64,000 nucleotides of DNA from Phoronis australis (lineage: Eukaryota; Animalia; Phoronida), in NCBI GenBank assembly GCA_002633005.1, contig NMRA01000014.1, forward strand, positions 1,646,260 through 1,710,259, given 5' to 3'. The number at the start of each line of letters is the position of its first letter. Positions within the stretch are counted from its first letter, which is position 1. The position numbers and the translations under genes are program-made. Positions 13,067 through 27,298 of this stretch are shown here, in pieces. The notes under the pieces are model-generated. The model had not been told where the DNA came from, searched no databases, and saw only the letters and a program-made list of their open reading frames with translations.

Positions 13067-16000
13067 ACCACCATCTTACACACATCTACGAAGGGGGTTT
13101 GCGGGTTGTATAATACATGCAGGGCTACATTGACGCGCTAACGCGTAAAACATTGTACGCGTTAACAACTGGCAAGCTTGGCATTCCATACAACTACACG
13201 TCTACGCACTCATGTTTGCGCGCATCAGAAGCATGGGCCTATCTTATGGGTTTATGTATTCACAATAATGAAGAATTGTATATTCAGCATTTGGCATCAG
13301 GCAAGGCCAAATGGAAAAGGTAATTTTAACGCATACCCAAGAAATAAGCAAAAGCGACATTATAATTAAGAAGGCATACACGTTGAAAACTCCGTTTGAA
13401 GAAAGCTATTCGCTAGATAACGAAATTAAGCCATCACGCGTCATAAGAAAACCGTTGAACAGTCCTGGTGACGTCATGCGAGACATAACACCGTAAGATT
13501 AATAATCGTTTTTCATGCGGATGGAACTTCCGGCCACAAGTATTCATTGAAAATAACAGTTGAAAAATTTTTCTAAAGCTGTGAGTGAAATGTTGATAAA
13601 ATCCGTTTTCAACGAAATTGAACATGAATTGAGAAAACTTTGATTTCACGCGAACAAATGAGACCCTAGTGAATATTTTTTGGTTGTATTAGCGTTTTCG
13701 TGTGGATGNAAATGATTTTTGTTGCAGTACTGAAAAGTATTGGCGCATTAGCTCTGGTGGCTCCTTGTTTTTTTGGCAAATTGACCATTTTATGGTTCCC
13801 ATGGGTAATTTTGTTAGTGGTCTAGTATGTATGTACAACTGTAATCGTAGGGCAATTGTAATGCAAACCATGTTGCAAAAGTATTTTTTTATGACCATTT
13901 CATTGTAAAATGCTGCCTAATTGGAACCGACAAGCCAGTTTTTCATTTTGTGGTGGTTAGTTTTGATAAAAACATTGGTGTGGTAAATACAGCTACCTCA
14001 AGTTTGTGAAGAAGAGATTTCCAGTGTTGTCAGCGATATTGCGAAATCACTTTTTCGCAGTGAGACTACATCACCTTAAATGTAATTCCCTGACTTTATG
14101 GGAATATTTTCAGCTTAGATGAGTTGTCTGTGAGGTAGGCAATTTTCAAATAAGATAATGAATAAAATTGTCAAACATTGTTTTATTTTTTAGGTGTGTG
14201 ATCTTCCAATAAGTGATTACTTTTAAAAAACCTGTGCAGAATTTGATTTTTACTCTTCATTTTAAGGAGAATAAATCCATAAACCTGCATTGTCTTGAAA
14301 TTTTACTCAAACTACATATTGGGTTGGGGATTGGAATCTTAATACAACAGAGTCTCTGAACCCGTACCATGAGCAATACACCACAATACACGGATATAAA
14401 AATTTGGTGTTTAGGTTCCACGGAAAGGATTCGTGTGCGCGGTAATAGTTACTAAGGTGCGTGGTCATTGTTTGTGGATACTTTGGGATTCCTCTTCTGT
14501 GGTCATCCACGGGAAACCTGGTCGCATAGAGAACAATAGATTAGCATCTTCATTGTTATAATAAAGATATAATGACGAGCACTTATCAGCAACGGTCTGA
14601 TGTCCGCAAGGTTCTATATCCATGCGACCTGTGTTGTTATATCCAACAGTGACACAACAACGGAAAACAATGATAGGACCGATGGGCGAAAAACATGCGA
14701 CGAGTTGCCACAGACAGTGGTGGAGTTTGTCTTGTCATTCGAATGTTTTTAGAGAACTGCAAACCCGGTATTTCGTCAGGAATATTTCTGCGGTCTTTTG
14801 TTTTAAGTCGTGGGAAAAACTGCGGTCATGCCACCAAACTTATCATTCATTTGATATTACAATGCATTGCATGAACATTTGATCAACAGAAAATCTGACT
14901 TGAATATGTGTGAAGAAATACCCATGAGGAAATTGCAAAGTAAAACAACTGTAAATCAAAATAACCTACATTTGTCGAGTTCATGTCTAACCCTGTTCAC
15001 TGCGGAGGACATAATCGGCTTTTTACAAAATGGAGCCATGTGTGGTATTTAGGGGTACTATAGCCCAAAGTGATAAGTAGTAAAACGTTCAAAACATTCA
15101 GGAGGAACTAACTTGTTGCAAAATATCGAAAAATATGAAGGACAATCGGATTTTACGGTGCTCACGCATCGATCTCAGATATATGACAATTTCTCATTTT
15201 AGTACATTTGAGGTGCCAAAATGTATAACTAATAAACTGGCTGACAAAGTTTTTATTTTATGCAATGAAAGTAACATGTTTTGTCAACATTTTGGCTAAG
15301 TTTCATTCTCATAGCAGTGGGGGCAGATTTGGTACAGCAGTGTACTGAACACAACCTCAAAATGGCATAACGGGGGGCAGTGTAGTAAAACTACTAAATG
15401 AGGGCGGTAAATCGGAATCGTGTTTCAAGACATCTGCGTAACAATCTATAGGCACCACTAAACAATGCCAAGTGAATAATAAATCAATAGCTTTCATTCA
15501 AGGAAAAATATGAACAGTTGAAACTGGACAGTTTTTATACCGTGAAAACATGGCTGCGAAACCGTAAAATGTGTTTGAACCTATAACTTTAGAAAAACAC
15601 AATATTTTGAGGAAATATTTTACCGCTGTTTATAGATCCTATAAGACTACATATGTGCCAAATTTGGTGAAAATCGGCTGACCCCCACCTTGCCGCTCAT
15701 GGTTGGTGCTCTCGTGGACTAGTACTTAATGATAATAGTAATAACAGTTAGCATTAGATGTTACGTATTGTTGTCATTTGAGAACGTGCATCTATCCAAC
15801 CATCGGATTGTCCTTAAATCACCACCCATGCCACTAAGAGCCGTGACATAATCAAACTTCGTTTTTTGGAATAAATGCAACCCATTTTTTAAAAAATAAA
15901 GGAGTGTATGTTGCTAAACCGTGTTTGCTCCTCCCCATTACGCCATCAGGTAGATCCGCGATTCCGTAGCAACACATTTCTGTACACAGACTAGGGATTA

Positions 16001-16874
16001 ATAAGCCCACAACATCCGAGCAAATCACGCCAAGTTTGTTTTAAATGCGAGTAGAACAATGGTTGTAACATTCTACGTCCAGCGTTTTAGAGGAGCCTCT
16101 GTGTCTTGCGTAGGGTGGTATTTGAAAAATGATGTGCGCCGCGCATGGCGAAACTTTCAACGAAGGATTTAGTTTGGTCAACCTGCTGAAATTTCTCCAG
16201 TCCGGCCTAAGTCGTTTCTCCGGCCCATAGTTTTGATTGAATGTTTCCGGAGAACGAGGCCACGACAAACAAGTTTTGATTTGTGTCCAGTCTTCGAAGA
16301 TTTATAAGTTTATTTTAGGTCACGACGACTCTAGCCTTCACGCTGCAAAAACTTGTTTTCACTGAAGACAGATTACTTGATTAGCTGAAAGGTCGGCATT
16401 TGACTTATACAGTAGTAAGTGGACAGCTAATTGTTCTGTATCTGATTCCAAAGCAGGCAATGGTGGAGGGAGGGAGGGGGGGGGGGCACGGAATTGGCGG
16501 TCTGATAGACTACAGGGACGGCATGACAGCTGGGGACAAATGATAATCACATCACTATACATGTAGGTAGGTCAACAGAGACCTTAATTAATACGGCCGG
16601 GCACTCAGTCACGCAGGGTCAAACCGAAAAGGCAAAGTTTTAGTTAAAACTGCGGTATATGAACGTATCCCCCCTTGAAATTACAACTGAGCTTCATTCG
16701 ATCCCTGCCAATCCTGGATTTCACAGCCAAACTCGAATCTCACTGTATTTACCCACGTATGTCTCAAAATCATTCAGACAGTTTTGTATTTTGCGCTATT
16801 GGATGTCCACATGTTCTTTGTTCTTCTATTCTTTGCACGTCTTTCTGGGCTGCATTACTTTATTCGATCGTTTA

Positions 16875-17043
16875 ATGCCAAAGAAGTACATGTATAATAG
16901 TTTCGTGTTGTCGGTTAATTGCAACTCCGACGGAAAAAAGTTGTATGAACTTGAAGAATAACAATGGAAGAGTGGTGTTCTTCCCCTTCCCGACATCAAA
17001 GACAACAAAATGTGGAGCGAGAGCATAAAGCAAGCTGTTCAGG
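16875..17043 (+). pseudogene. Second, more decayed THAP-like relic
   Basis: Broken frames give NCNSDGK...VVFFPFPTSK...C.AR*SKLFR, resembling the CNSD...V.F.PFP...W THAP variant. Confidence 0.4.
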
Positions 17044-17380
17044 TAAATTTCAAACCAACATGTAAGAGAATCTCCTTTCATAAGATACGTTTCAAATCTG
17101 GAATTTTTGAACTGATAAAATAGGGAATATCCAGGGCCATTCACGACGGCAGTTTCCGACATGACCTGTGGAAATGCACTGGTCACTCCAAAACAAGGTC
17201 CAATCAATGAAAACAACACGCACTCCGTTAACTCCTGGACAAAGGCGAGTTCTATCGCTGTGTAACTCGGGACGACCCTATTAGGATTGCTAACTCGCCT
17301 TATTACAAATGGCCCCCCTAAAACATAACGCGATGGTTTTTGAATATGGAGTTACATGTCTCACAAACACATTGTTATTG

Positions 17381-17581
17381 CACAGGGGTGCTCCAATTTC
17401 TGACTAAAAAAAAACAGGGTACCACCTTCGGAAGTGTGAACTGCCCGTCCGCGCCCTTTTAGTGGACTTTTGTCGCATTTTCTATGATTTTGTTCTTTCT
17501 CTGAGGCGGACCTTTTTACCTACTTCTCCAAATGGGGGGGTGGGCTCTCGAACCCCCCAAGCCCCCCAGAGTGCGCACATG
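17381..17581. mobile_element. Decayed MITE related to 27052-27298, 5-bp TSD (TATTG)
   Basis: Reverse-complement similarity (CTGAGGCGGACCTTTTT; GAACCCCC..GCCCCCC; GTGCGCACATG) and TATTG on both flanks. Confidence 0.7.
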
Positions 17582-17938
17582 TATTGAAGACAGTATCGGG
17601 AAGTAATTCTGCAAGTCCGAAAAACATCGAATATATTAAAAGTTCAGCGGATATTTCACAGTAGCATTCCTATATTTTATTGTCAGTGGTTTAAATTTAG
17701 TGTCGAACTGTCATTTTAATTAACATACCACTTAAACAATTCACACCATGCTTGAATTCGGTAACCAAAAATTTGTGTGGGGCATTTCAAGTACTTTTTT
17801 TCTTCAGTATGTCTACTTTTAATCATGAAATAAACAAAACTTTAATTTACGTCATCATTCGATCCGGTATCCGTCGTTGTGTTGTTCTACACCAGCCGCG
17901 AGCCGTAATGGCCTCAAAACCGAGTTTGTCTGAGTATT

Positions 17939-18125
17939 ATGGAAAGTTGCAGATGCGGACGATGCAGTAATAGCAATCGGACAGTCAATATTTCCGTTTT
18001 TTCATTTCCAAAAAACTCAAGAATGGCACATGTTCGTGCGTCAGAAATGGGTATGGGAGTACAGGGTGGAGCAAGCGATCAGTTCAGCGACCACTTGGTG
18101 TTCAGCCAATTTTGAAGAATCCGTC
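17939..18125 (+). pseudogene. Degenerate THAP zinc-finger relic, probably from a DNA transposon
   Basis: MESCRCGRCSNSNRTVNISVFSFPK, then after a frameshift QEWHMFVRQK...WCSANFEE. Fits the THAP pattern M..C...C.N...FP....W.....CSxHF with the His lost. Confidence 0.6.
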
Positions 18126-21100
18126 GCAGAAACGGATATTTGATGAAGGTTTCTACAAAGTGAAAGTACATTTGATGAAGAAAATGTGTATTTTGTTGAG
18201 CCATTGCTTAGAACCTAGTCAGGCATATTGATTAGGAGCCTCAGCATCAAATTGTGACTGAGACAATGAATGTGATTGCAGTAAGATTCCATCAGTCTAC
18301 TGTTGTTCAAGACTTTGCGGGAATGCATGCTATCCACATATACATGTACGTCAATGCCTCATGACCCCAGCCGGTACAGAGGCTGGAGTCGGACACTGGG
18401 CCGAAATAATCGACGAATCCTAATGGTACGATTTTTCATAATTTTGGAGCAGAGAAGACAGAGACGAGTATCATTTGCCCAGTAATAAAATCTTACTAGC
18501 ATCACTATACATGTAATTAGATTTGATCGTTCCTGACAAACGCACTCGGCATTCGAAGAATGGAATCAGTGTCCGCTTTGACAGTCAGGGTAAAAGTTAC
18601 AGTCTTGGACACATATATTACCCTACACTGAAGTGGTTACAATATTAAATCACGATTATAAAAGACGTTTATTAACACTCTCAAATCTGGAGTGTCCGTA
18701 TACTAAGTAGCGGGCTTCAACTCGGCTACACTCGCCGTGGACGGCGGTGCAGGAGGCAGGGTCGTGTTCGTACGACAGATATGAGAAGGTTAAACTCGGA
18801 TGTTTCACCTATAGACCGAGTGTAGTCTTAACGCCCATCTCCATACTCGTCTTCATAATCCTCGTCAAGCTCACTTTCTAAGTCTTCGTAGCTTACCAAA
18901 CCACTATTATCTGTCATTGCATATAATTATACATCTACATGCATTGTCAACTGTTCCACCGATGACATCACGTGGCGGCAAACAAAAAAGATTATTAAAG
19001 TTTCTTTAAAATTCAAATTTCCTAAATCATTTTTCTAAAAGTGCTCGTTTAGTTAAGATTGTGTGCTATAAAATTATTATACAAGGTCCAAAACCGTTAT
19101 TGTGGGTACGCTTTAAAGGGGCGTACGCGTGCAATGTGTTTGCAATCAAGCCGCTCGTCCACTATTGCTAAAATCAGGAAGAGAACTCTTCCTGCTATGA
19201 TGAATACAGGAATACATCCACAGAGAGTTTCACATGCCCAGCCTCCCGACCACAGCCCTGACTATCGGCCATCTTTTCATTGCTGTAATGGAAGAATCTT
19301 AAGTGCGCATGCCCTCTAATACTCGGCTCAGGTCTTTCTCGGGCCAACGCCTTGTCGGGGTATCTGTGCCTACACTACTGATTTGCTACCAAGAATGTTT
19401 TAACAGTGAATCAAAACAGCACTTTGCATCCATACCATCGTCACTAGTGTCCTTGCTGTCCAGAGATAAAAATTTGCCGAGATCTAGATCCTGCCAGACT
19501 ATTGTTTTGCAGTAATCACCAACGATTTAAAATCGTTTAACAAACTTTCTGAAATTTTGCAGGATGTTTGCTAACGTTGCCAGGCAGATATCCTGTTGGA
19601 CATGTCCGTGATATTTCCGCGCTGAATAGGGAAGGGAACAGCCCACGACAACATTGTACAATATTACTCGTGTCAAGCAAGAAGACGGCACACAGTATTT
19701 TTTAATTAACCAACTAAACTTACCCCACCCAATTTCATAAGATTTTGAATTTTGCAGGGTATATGGAGATTACACTTGTTCTGGTTGAAAGGGTGTGCTA
19801 GTTGTAACGTACTTTCCTCGCTTTTTTCTCAGTAGTGGATTTTCTTTAACATTTACTGCTTGCAAAAGCCAATGGGAGTTGAAAATTATCACTACATTCA
19901 TATGATTAACAGGCTATTCGGATTTGTAATAATCCTGGCTGGTCGACATTCATCTTTCGGTCCCGGATATATTGTAAAGTGTTTGTCAGTCTGAATTCAA
20001 AGAGATGGGCGTAATTGGAAAACGAGCAACTTCATCCTAAACATATCTCAAATGCAATACCATGGTATTCTTACTTACAATGTCTTGGTTCAACCCGGGG
20101 CAAATCAAATACAAGTTTCTCGTTGGCTCATTGCACACACTATGACGTTATATCATGCACATCTTTTGATTGCATATTTTTGGAAAACTCATTCTTAAGA
20201 TTCAACGACGCCGTTTTTGGCTTTGAAATGAAGAAGCAGATGGCGGACGAAGAATTGGTGTAATGTATTTTTGAAGGGAGCTATAGAGGAGTTTACAAAC
20301 GGGGAGGTGTGATACGCCGTGATATGTAACAATTTCGTAGAATGTTACAACTGTTACATTTTATGTCATTGTTACATTTTACGTTGCTAGACCTCTCCTA
20401 AAATGCAACAAGTTGCTACATTTTATGTAATTGCTATAATTTACGTTGAATGTACATGCGAGAAATGTCCCATTGTTACATTTTACGAAAGCGATGACAT
20501 ATTTCATGAGTTTGAAAGGTATTTGTCACACGGAAGAAATCCGTTCAAACACTTAACGCCTTCTTTCTCGGATTGTGTGAATGAATTTCTATCAAATGTG
20601 CCAGGTCGACTTTATAGATGTCCCGATGTACTTTCCATGGTTTTCTGAATACGAGTAGTTTAATGGTACAGTAAAAATGTACAGCGTACAGTTTCAACTC
20701 CACACCAAAGGAGTTTCCGGGATCAGGTAAGTGTTGTTATCGTTAAAGCGATCTTTCATTCTTTTGTTGACGCTCATAAACCAATTTTATCGGACATTAC
20801 AGTAAACACTCTTCCCTTTGTAAGAACAACATGGACATCGTATTTGGCTAATATTTATCGTATTTCTTCGGGAACGAAAGACAACAACAAAATTTTTCAT
20901 GGAGAATTCAATTTCGGAAGCCAACTTGATAGAAAAAACACCAGTTTTAGTCCACGATAGTTTGGTTTATTTCGGCCAGTGTATTATTGCCTTGGAGTCA
21001 TCGTTTCTGATGCCGACGGGTGCTGTCTACCACTTTAGTTACGAATGACAATTTCTTAAAGACATTGTGGTGGAAAGAAATAAAAGCACGCATTTACTTG

Positions 21101-22292
21101 CAGGCAGGTTGATAATATTTTGCCAAAGCAACAGCATAATATCGCCTTTGAGAGGGGCAAGCTATTAGTTCAAAAAAGTGGCGGCATAGTGACGAAAGAA
21201 ATATCATTGTTCCTACGATGTCAAACCTGTCTGAAATAGTGGTGGTAACAACAGGTCAAACCGTGACGTGTGTACGTAAAAACGCGAGATTAAAGGAGCA
21301 ATGGTCCAAAAAAGCTGACTGTCGGACTATAAAAACATGAAATTTCGCTTTCTATTACCTTTTAAGATAAAATATGAATTGAAATTGCTATTTGGCCAAT
21401 GGTTGCTAGTTCGAAGTACATATAAATAAGGATAAAAATTGGACATTCTATTGTTAATGGAAGTGAAGTCACGTGTCTCATGAGGCGCTTTTGTTGTGTT
21501 GCAGCTCGCAGATAAGGGAATTTGGTATGTTAATCCTTTTGATGCATTGCATTTTAAACTTTTTGATGCTTTGCATTAAATGCTCATATTAAACATCGCT
21601 AACTTCGACGCTGGCGGTTTTTGTTCCATACAATCAACTTTCAATGTAACGTAGTTCAAATCATTCTGTTAAATCACATTGTTTTTCTAAGAATATTTGG
21701 GCCCATTCCACATAAAATTGTTGCGTGTCTTGTATGTCAGTTACCCGCTATTCTAATGACGAGGTGACCGCAGCTGACTAGTCGTTAGTTCTCGAAAATT
21801 GTCTGCCTCCAGAGTTCAAGGTAACGCAATTTGAACTTACACAACGTCGTGGAACGATACCCAGTTCTTTGGCAAGGAATGTTTTCAACAAGAGACAATG
21901 TTGCGGTCTGAATTCAGTTCTTCGTGGCAACTATGGGTGGACATACATGTAGTTATATTTACAAATAATACCGTACTTGCTGATAGTTTAGAAATAGTCA
22001 TTTTTTGGATTTGGGGCTCATCTAAACAAGATTTCAAATATCAACCTCTTCGTTTCCAAAAAAATAGGCGTACACTGCATCCACAGCTGTCAAGACGTTC
22101 CTCACAATATTGTTTAAGCTGAACTTGGGAGCCCCTTTAAAATCCTTTTGGGACAACACTGGCTGTCCACTATGGAAAGCCCGATGACAATATTGAACAA
22201 TAAATGAGATCATTTTAAACTTTTTGAGGTCCATGATGTATTAGCACTTTGCTAAATATATATTGTGTCCTCGTTAAATAAATTTGAAAATA

Positions 22293-22422
22293 TTAATAAT
22301 AATAAGGATAACAAAAACGGTAATGAGTAATAGTAGTGACAGTGACAATAGTATTAATGTTAATGACAGTAGTTACAGTATTAGTAATAGTAACAGTAGT
22401 GATAGTAATGTAATACTAATAA
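22293..22422. repeat. Degenerate (AAT/AGT)n trinucleotide low-complexity tract
   Basis: Run of aat/agt/gac triplets. Confidence 0.75.
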
Positions 22423-22435
22423 AACTGTGAATAGG

Positions 22436-22695
22436 TAGCCTACAGAAGATATATACGGAAAGTGCCGCCCAAAAGGGTGTTTTTTCACTCTCCAAAATGG
22501 TGTCATTTTCGACAAAACTATATCTAGACGGTGACTTTCATGAATTTCTGGAACAAAAGTGTGCGAAAATGTGAGGTTTTACACAAATTAGTCTCTAAGT
22601 GGGTCACTTTTTGTACGAGCCTACTCTCTAAATGGGTAGATATTCAAATATTTCGGGCGCCACTCCTCGTTTAAAAATACTCCAGTACCCCCCGG
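22436..22695. mobile_element. Partial non-autonomous DNA element ending in AGTACCCCCCGG
   Basis: The right end CAGTACCCCCCGG and internal AAAAGGGT/GGGTCACTTTT motifs resemble common invertebrate MITEs. Left end not resolved. Confidence 0.4.
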
Positions 22696-25600
22696 CCGTG
22701 TCAGACACCACTTTTTTCGTGATTTTGGTCATTTTCTTTGCAATATGACGTGGGCTTCGTAAAATGTAACAATGGTACATTTCTCGCATGTGCGCTCGAC
22801 GTGAAATGTAACAACTACGTAAAATGTAACGATGACATAAAATGTAACAGTTGATACATTTTACGAAATGGTTACATTTTACAGAGGTTTTGTTATAAAC
22901 TATTGCGAGAAGGCGTCCTCCGTGGCGAATGCTCACAATTTTGCCCCAACGGGACGGCGTTAGCAAAAACCGGGGATTTGAATTCGTTGTTAAAAAAAAT
23001 GTTTCTCGTGAAATTTTCGATTTAGCTAACACCGTTTTTCAAAATCAAGTATGAATGTTTCCCTTTGCATTGTCGAAATGATGGATACGAAATAGTGTAA
23101 GTCCATGCCATGCCGTTCATTTGAGCAGTGTGGAATCTTGGTGGCCATAAATGTGGGAAAAGGGAAATTTCCCCTTGAGATCACTGGATGTGGATTGTGG
23201 ATGTGCAAGATGTTACGTCGATAAAAGTTTCATTCCATCAACTGGCGAATGTGACTGGCTAGAAATCTAAATCAAAAGACAAAATTGTCTTTAAGTAAAA
23301 AATCATCATATTAGGTGTACGATGTACACGTAGACGGGACATTAGATCAGATGTACCGCATTGCAAAATCATAACTGTTTCAGATGAAACACAAAAAATT
23401 TAGCATCAACTTCTAGAAATTGGCCTCAGTTGCATAAATTTAAACGCTGGATACCAACCGTTGACGTCGCACTATCACACGTCAATTTGTCAACGTTGAA
23501 CAATATACTTGAAGTCACGCGATAATCAAGCGCATCCATCGGACAAGTTTTGAAGATTTATGTAACCTATAGATGAGGCACAAACCATGGACAAATGTCA
23601 GCGAACCGGCCAGTGAGCATCCATAAAGTCAAACTCCTTGCTCTTAGTCGTTTATCATCGAATGATGTGTTATTGTGAACATGTCAAACATTGACCTCAG
23701 CTAGGAGCATAAACCGTGTGAAGCGAGTATTTAAACAGCATAAATCATGTGATTGTCGACTTTGAAATCACATTATTATGATATTAGTTTACCAACGTCT
23801 CATATCCCGGGTTGATTGTTGCTTGTTAATTTCAAAAGTCAAATCTGTTGTATATTTATGTTTTCCAACTTGTGTCCAAGATACTTGTTTACGTCTTAAA
23901 GTTGATAACAATAAGTTAACACCGAGCAACGCATCAAAAACAATAAGGCGATGTAGGTTCGGTTCGTTTCGCGTGATTGACCACAGGCATCTGCACGACT
24001 TGAAATGTTTTATATCTCGCAAAGACACCATTCTTTGTAAACGTGACATAACTTTTACACCAAAAAATGAGTGCGCTGCGACAATTAAAAATGAGAAAGA
24101 AAAGTTTTACGCACCGACCAATCTACACGTACTGTATCCATGTGTCTCAGAGCAATGAAAATGTATGAGGCCTAGGGGAAATGAATTTTGATTTCTTAAA
24201 ACTCTTCGTAAGGCATTAGAGTATTATTTCCTTGGTCAGGGTGAGTTCATGAGAAACTTAGTTAATAATCTTAGTGCTAGGGTCAAGGGGGACAAAGATA
24301 CCCGAGAATGGTTCGTGTCTTCCAAATAACTTCAAGCGTCAGGGGTGAAACTTGATGGTGGGGAGGGCAAACGAGCAATTGAGGTTGAATATGAGACGAT
24401 TTGTTGGCCTAGAAGTGCCGTAGCGGCAATGGGCTGAGATACTGGTGAAAGCCCGAGGCTCTTTTGTCGACGCGTACGTTGGTTTATGTTTTTTGTTTAC
24501 TTTCAGCTAAAATCAGTCTACAGGGTAGCTCATTGTGTTTCATGAAAACGGTAGAAATACCTAATCTGGTCGACTCGACAGAAGGCAAAACGTTTGGAGA
24601 AACGTAAGAGACAAAACGCCAACTTTTGGTTTATCGTGGTCAAATTTCTCACTTTTGGCTCCGGTCAACGTGACAAAAGGCCATACTCTCTTTGGAAAAG
24701 CACTTCCCAACAGGCAACGGGGGAAGGGGGTGTTAGCGTTTAGGGGAGAATTATTCGCATTATCTAAAATGAGGGAAGACGTTATTTACAAGACATCTCC
24801 AGTTCAACACTACATATGTACTTCGACAATAATTCCACATCCTTACGATTTCAGACGTATCGCAAGGTATCAGACACAGCCTAATTGAAACTTTAACGTC
24901 GGCTACTTACTTAAAAAATGTCGCAAACAGTTTCCATACGACGACTAATTAGGTTCGAAAGTACTATCTTGGGGCTCAGAAAATAAAACAAATTCTACGA
25001 TCTGTCAAACCCTGTCAGTGCTGTCCATTATGGAACTTGTGTAGTCCCAATGATGTACAGGTAGTCAGTTTTCTAACTTTCATATTTTGACAGTAAGGGT
25101 GAAGCAAATACACTAATAAAGATGTACGCTAATGGCGTGTGCGTTGTGGATTCCCCATGCAGTCCAAATAGGAACTCTTCACGTTAGAGTAAATTCTCAC
25201 AGAATTTGTGGATTTAAAAAGTTACAGGCTGCCCGTTCTTCTGCTGTTTGATATTCATCACAAAATATGTTTTTGGCTTTGGAACACACGAAGAGTAAAC
25301 AGTACCTTTCCTGCACGCCTCTAATTTGAGGGCTAAGCCCCCCCTCCCTCCTTTGTTTTTATTAAAACCAGGGGTCGATATTGGTTCCTAGACTGAAAAA
25401 ATGACTCGGTAATTAGTTATGTTTATTGAGAAATAGACACTGTATTTACTGAAAGTGACGCTCATAATATATAATTATTCAGTGGTAGAAAAAAATTAGT
25501 TTTGTGAGTATACAACGGCACAAGTAAGCAAACAATTTAGGGAACCTAGTTAAGTCCATCTTTGGGACTGTTTCATACAGTATACAAGCGTGTGCACATT

Positions 25601-26186
25601 CCCATTATAGACAGAATCGGAGGGGGTATTCGAGTGAAGCCTGTTCAAAAGGACGACATTTCCAAGCACAACTTAGCCAATGTTTACCTCTGAATCCTGA
25701 GTCACCGTTATGCAACACTCAGTCAATTCTGTCAGGAGTCTAAGATTCGCCATCTAAATAGTCAAAATGATGAATCTGTACAGAAAAATTGGAAGGTGCA
25801 CTGTGAAACCATTTTTAGTCGAGGGATGTTAAAAATTCCCATTGCCTGGCACTCGCTGCGCATAACTTGATGTATGTTGCCGTTTTTCTTTCAGTGTCCA
25901 ACACATAGTCCAAAAGCTTAAAAATTTTCTTAGATTGGAACGTTACGCCTTCTCCCCAATTCTCAATACAAACACTACATGTACATGCAGCTCTTTATAG
26001 ATGTTTTAATTTAATAAACAAAATTCAGTGGTTTAACACAACTGAGCATCCTAGCCTCTGAAGTACAACACTATATGGATTTATATAGGAACCAAACAAA
26101 ATACATACTGTGTAAAGTTACTAAAACCAATGATTGCATGGCAAAATAAGCCCTGTGTAAATGTCTTCTACAAAAATGTATCTTAC

Positions 26187-26290
26187 CGTAAAATGTTAAC
26201 CAATTGGAAGAAATCTCAGCTTTTGACCTGGAGCTCAGATGTTATCACTGAGTTGTAACTGTGACTGTCACGGACTGGATAGGTTTTATA
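26187..26290 (-). promoter_or_regulatory. Candidate core promoter (TATA + Inr) and short non-coding first exon, possibly of the innexin gene
   Basis: On the minus strand: TATAAAA at 26290-26284, Inr-like CAGTT about 30 nt downstream (about 26260), and a strong donor G|GTAAGA at 26187/26186. Same strand as, and upstream of, the innexin acceptor. Confidence 0.5.
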
Positions 26291-27051
26291 CTGGTCAGCG
26301 TTGTTTCACGGCACCTGGTGATTTATAAAATATTATCATCTGCGCACTGCACACAGATTGTACGAATAGACTAAAAATAACGGAGTAATCCTAGGATGAT
26401 ATGCGGACGAACGAATTGGGGTGGTTTTTATTGGTGATTTCTTTGACAAACACAATAATGAATCCGGTAGCTTATATTTAAGAATTTTGTTTCTAAAAGT
26501 CCACAATGAAATGTTTGTTTGTGTTTATCATTACAGCCGGTCGTGATAAATTTGTGCTTCTCTTGTTTCAGTAGATGTCTCTATATAACGTCACACGTTT
26601 TAAAAGTCTCGTTTTTGCAAATGATTATCGGGTTCACCATCAGACATTTCATGAATTATCACTAAGAAATCCCATTTTTAAGTTTAAGGATTTAATAAAG
26701 CATTTCTCCCCGTACCCACAGTAGATTATAGACTACCTTTTATTACGTGTGCTCTTACGATACACATGTAATTCTTATTGGCAGGTTTTGGCTTGGCTGA
26801 TTAAGCGTATTAGGACTGAAAGTCACGACTGCGTTTTTGTTGTCGTATACAGTATATCTTGGCCGCTCTTCTACGTTAACCAAAAAGTTTCTTTTAAAGT
26901 GCAACGGTCTCCTCACAAACAGTCTACTTGTTTGAGCAAGTCTATGTGGGAGTCGAAAGATGGTGCGCCAAGCTGAGGTGCCGGATTTCTCCTACGCGGT
27001 CTGAACGTGAGTACCGGTTGTCATAAATTGGAACAGATTAAAGAAAATAAG

Positions 27052-27298
27052 CATGCACGCGCCCACGGGGGGCTCGGGGGTTCGAACGAGCCTCCCCATT
27101 TTGAAAATCGGGCAAAAAGGCCCGCCTCTGAGAAACGAAAAGTCCGAGAAAATGAGACAAAAGGCCACTAAACAAGCACAAACGCGTAATTTACTGTGGT
27201 GCCTCCGGTTTTTTTTAGTCCACCCGCTTTTTTGTTACCAAAAGGTCCACAACGTCAAGAATTCGAGCCCCCCATATTGAAGGCAGGGTGCGCGCATG
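27052..27298. mobile_element. MITE with CATGCACGCGCCC...GGGTGCGCGCATG TIRs and 5-bp TSD (ATAAG)
   Basis: TIRs and TSD seen directly; related to 17381-17581 in opposite orientation. Confidence 0.82.

Larger units (their letters stand above)
20324..22877. repeat. Inverted pair of GTTACATTTTACG-rich repeats (20324-20492 and 22753-22877)
   Basis: The reverse complement of 22816-22877 matches 20324-20385, and that of about 22753-22800 matches about 20445-20492. Confidence 0.82.

Noticed and set aside
15059-15723. Possible Academ-like non-autonomous element ending in CTCGTGGACTA
   Set aside because: Only the right end is suggestive; no convincing left TIR or TSD.
21290-22140. TTAA-flanked Kolobok-like element (ttaaaggagc...cccctttaa)
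   Set aside because: Terminal inverted match is only about 5-6 bp; not enough support.
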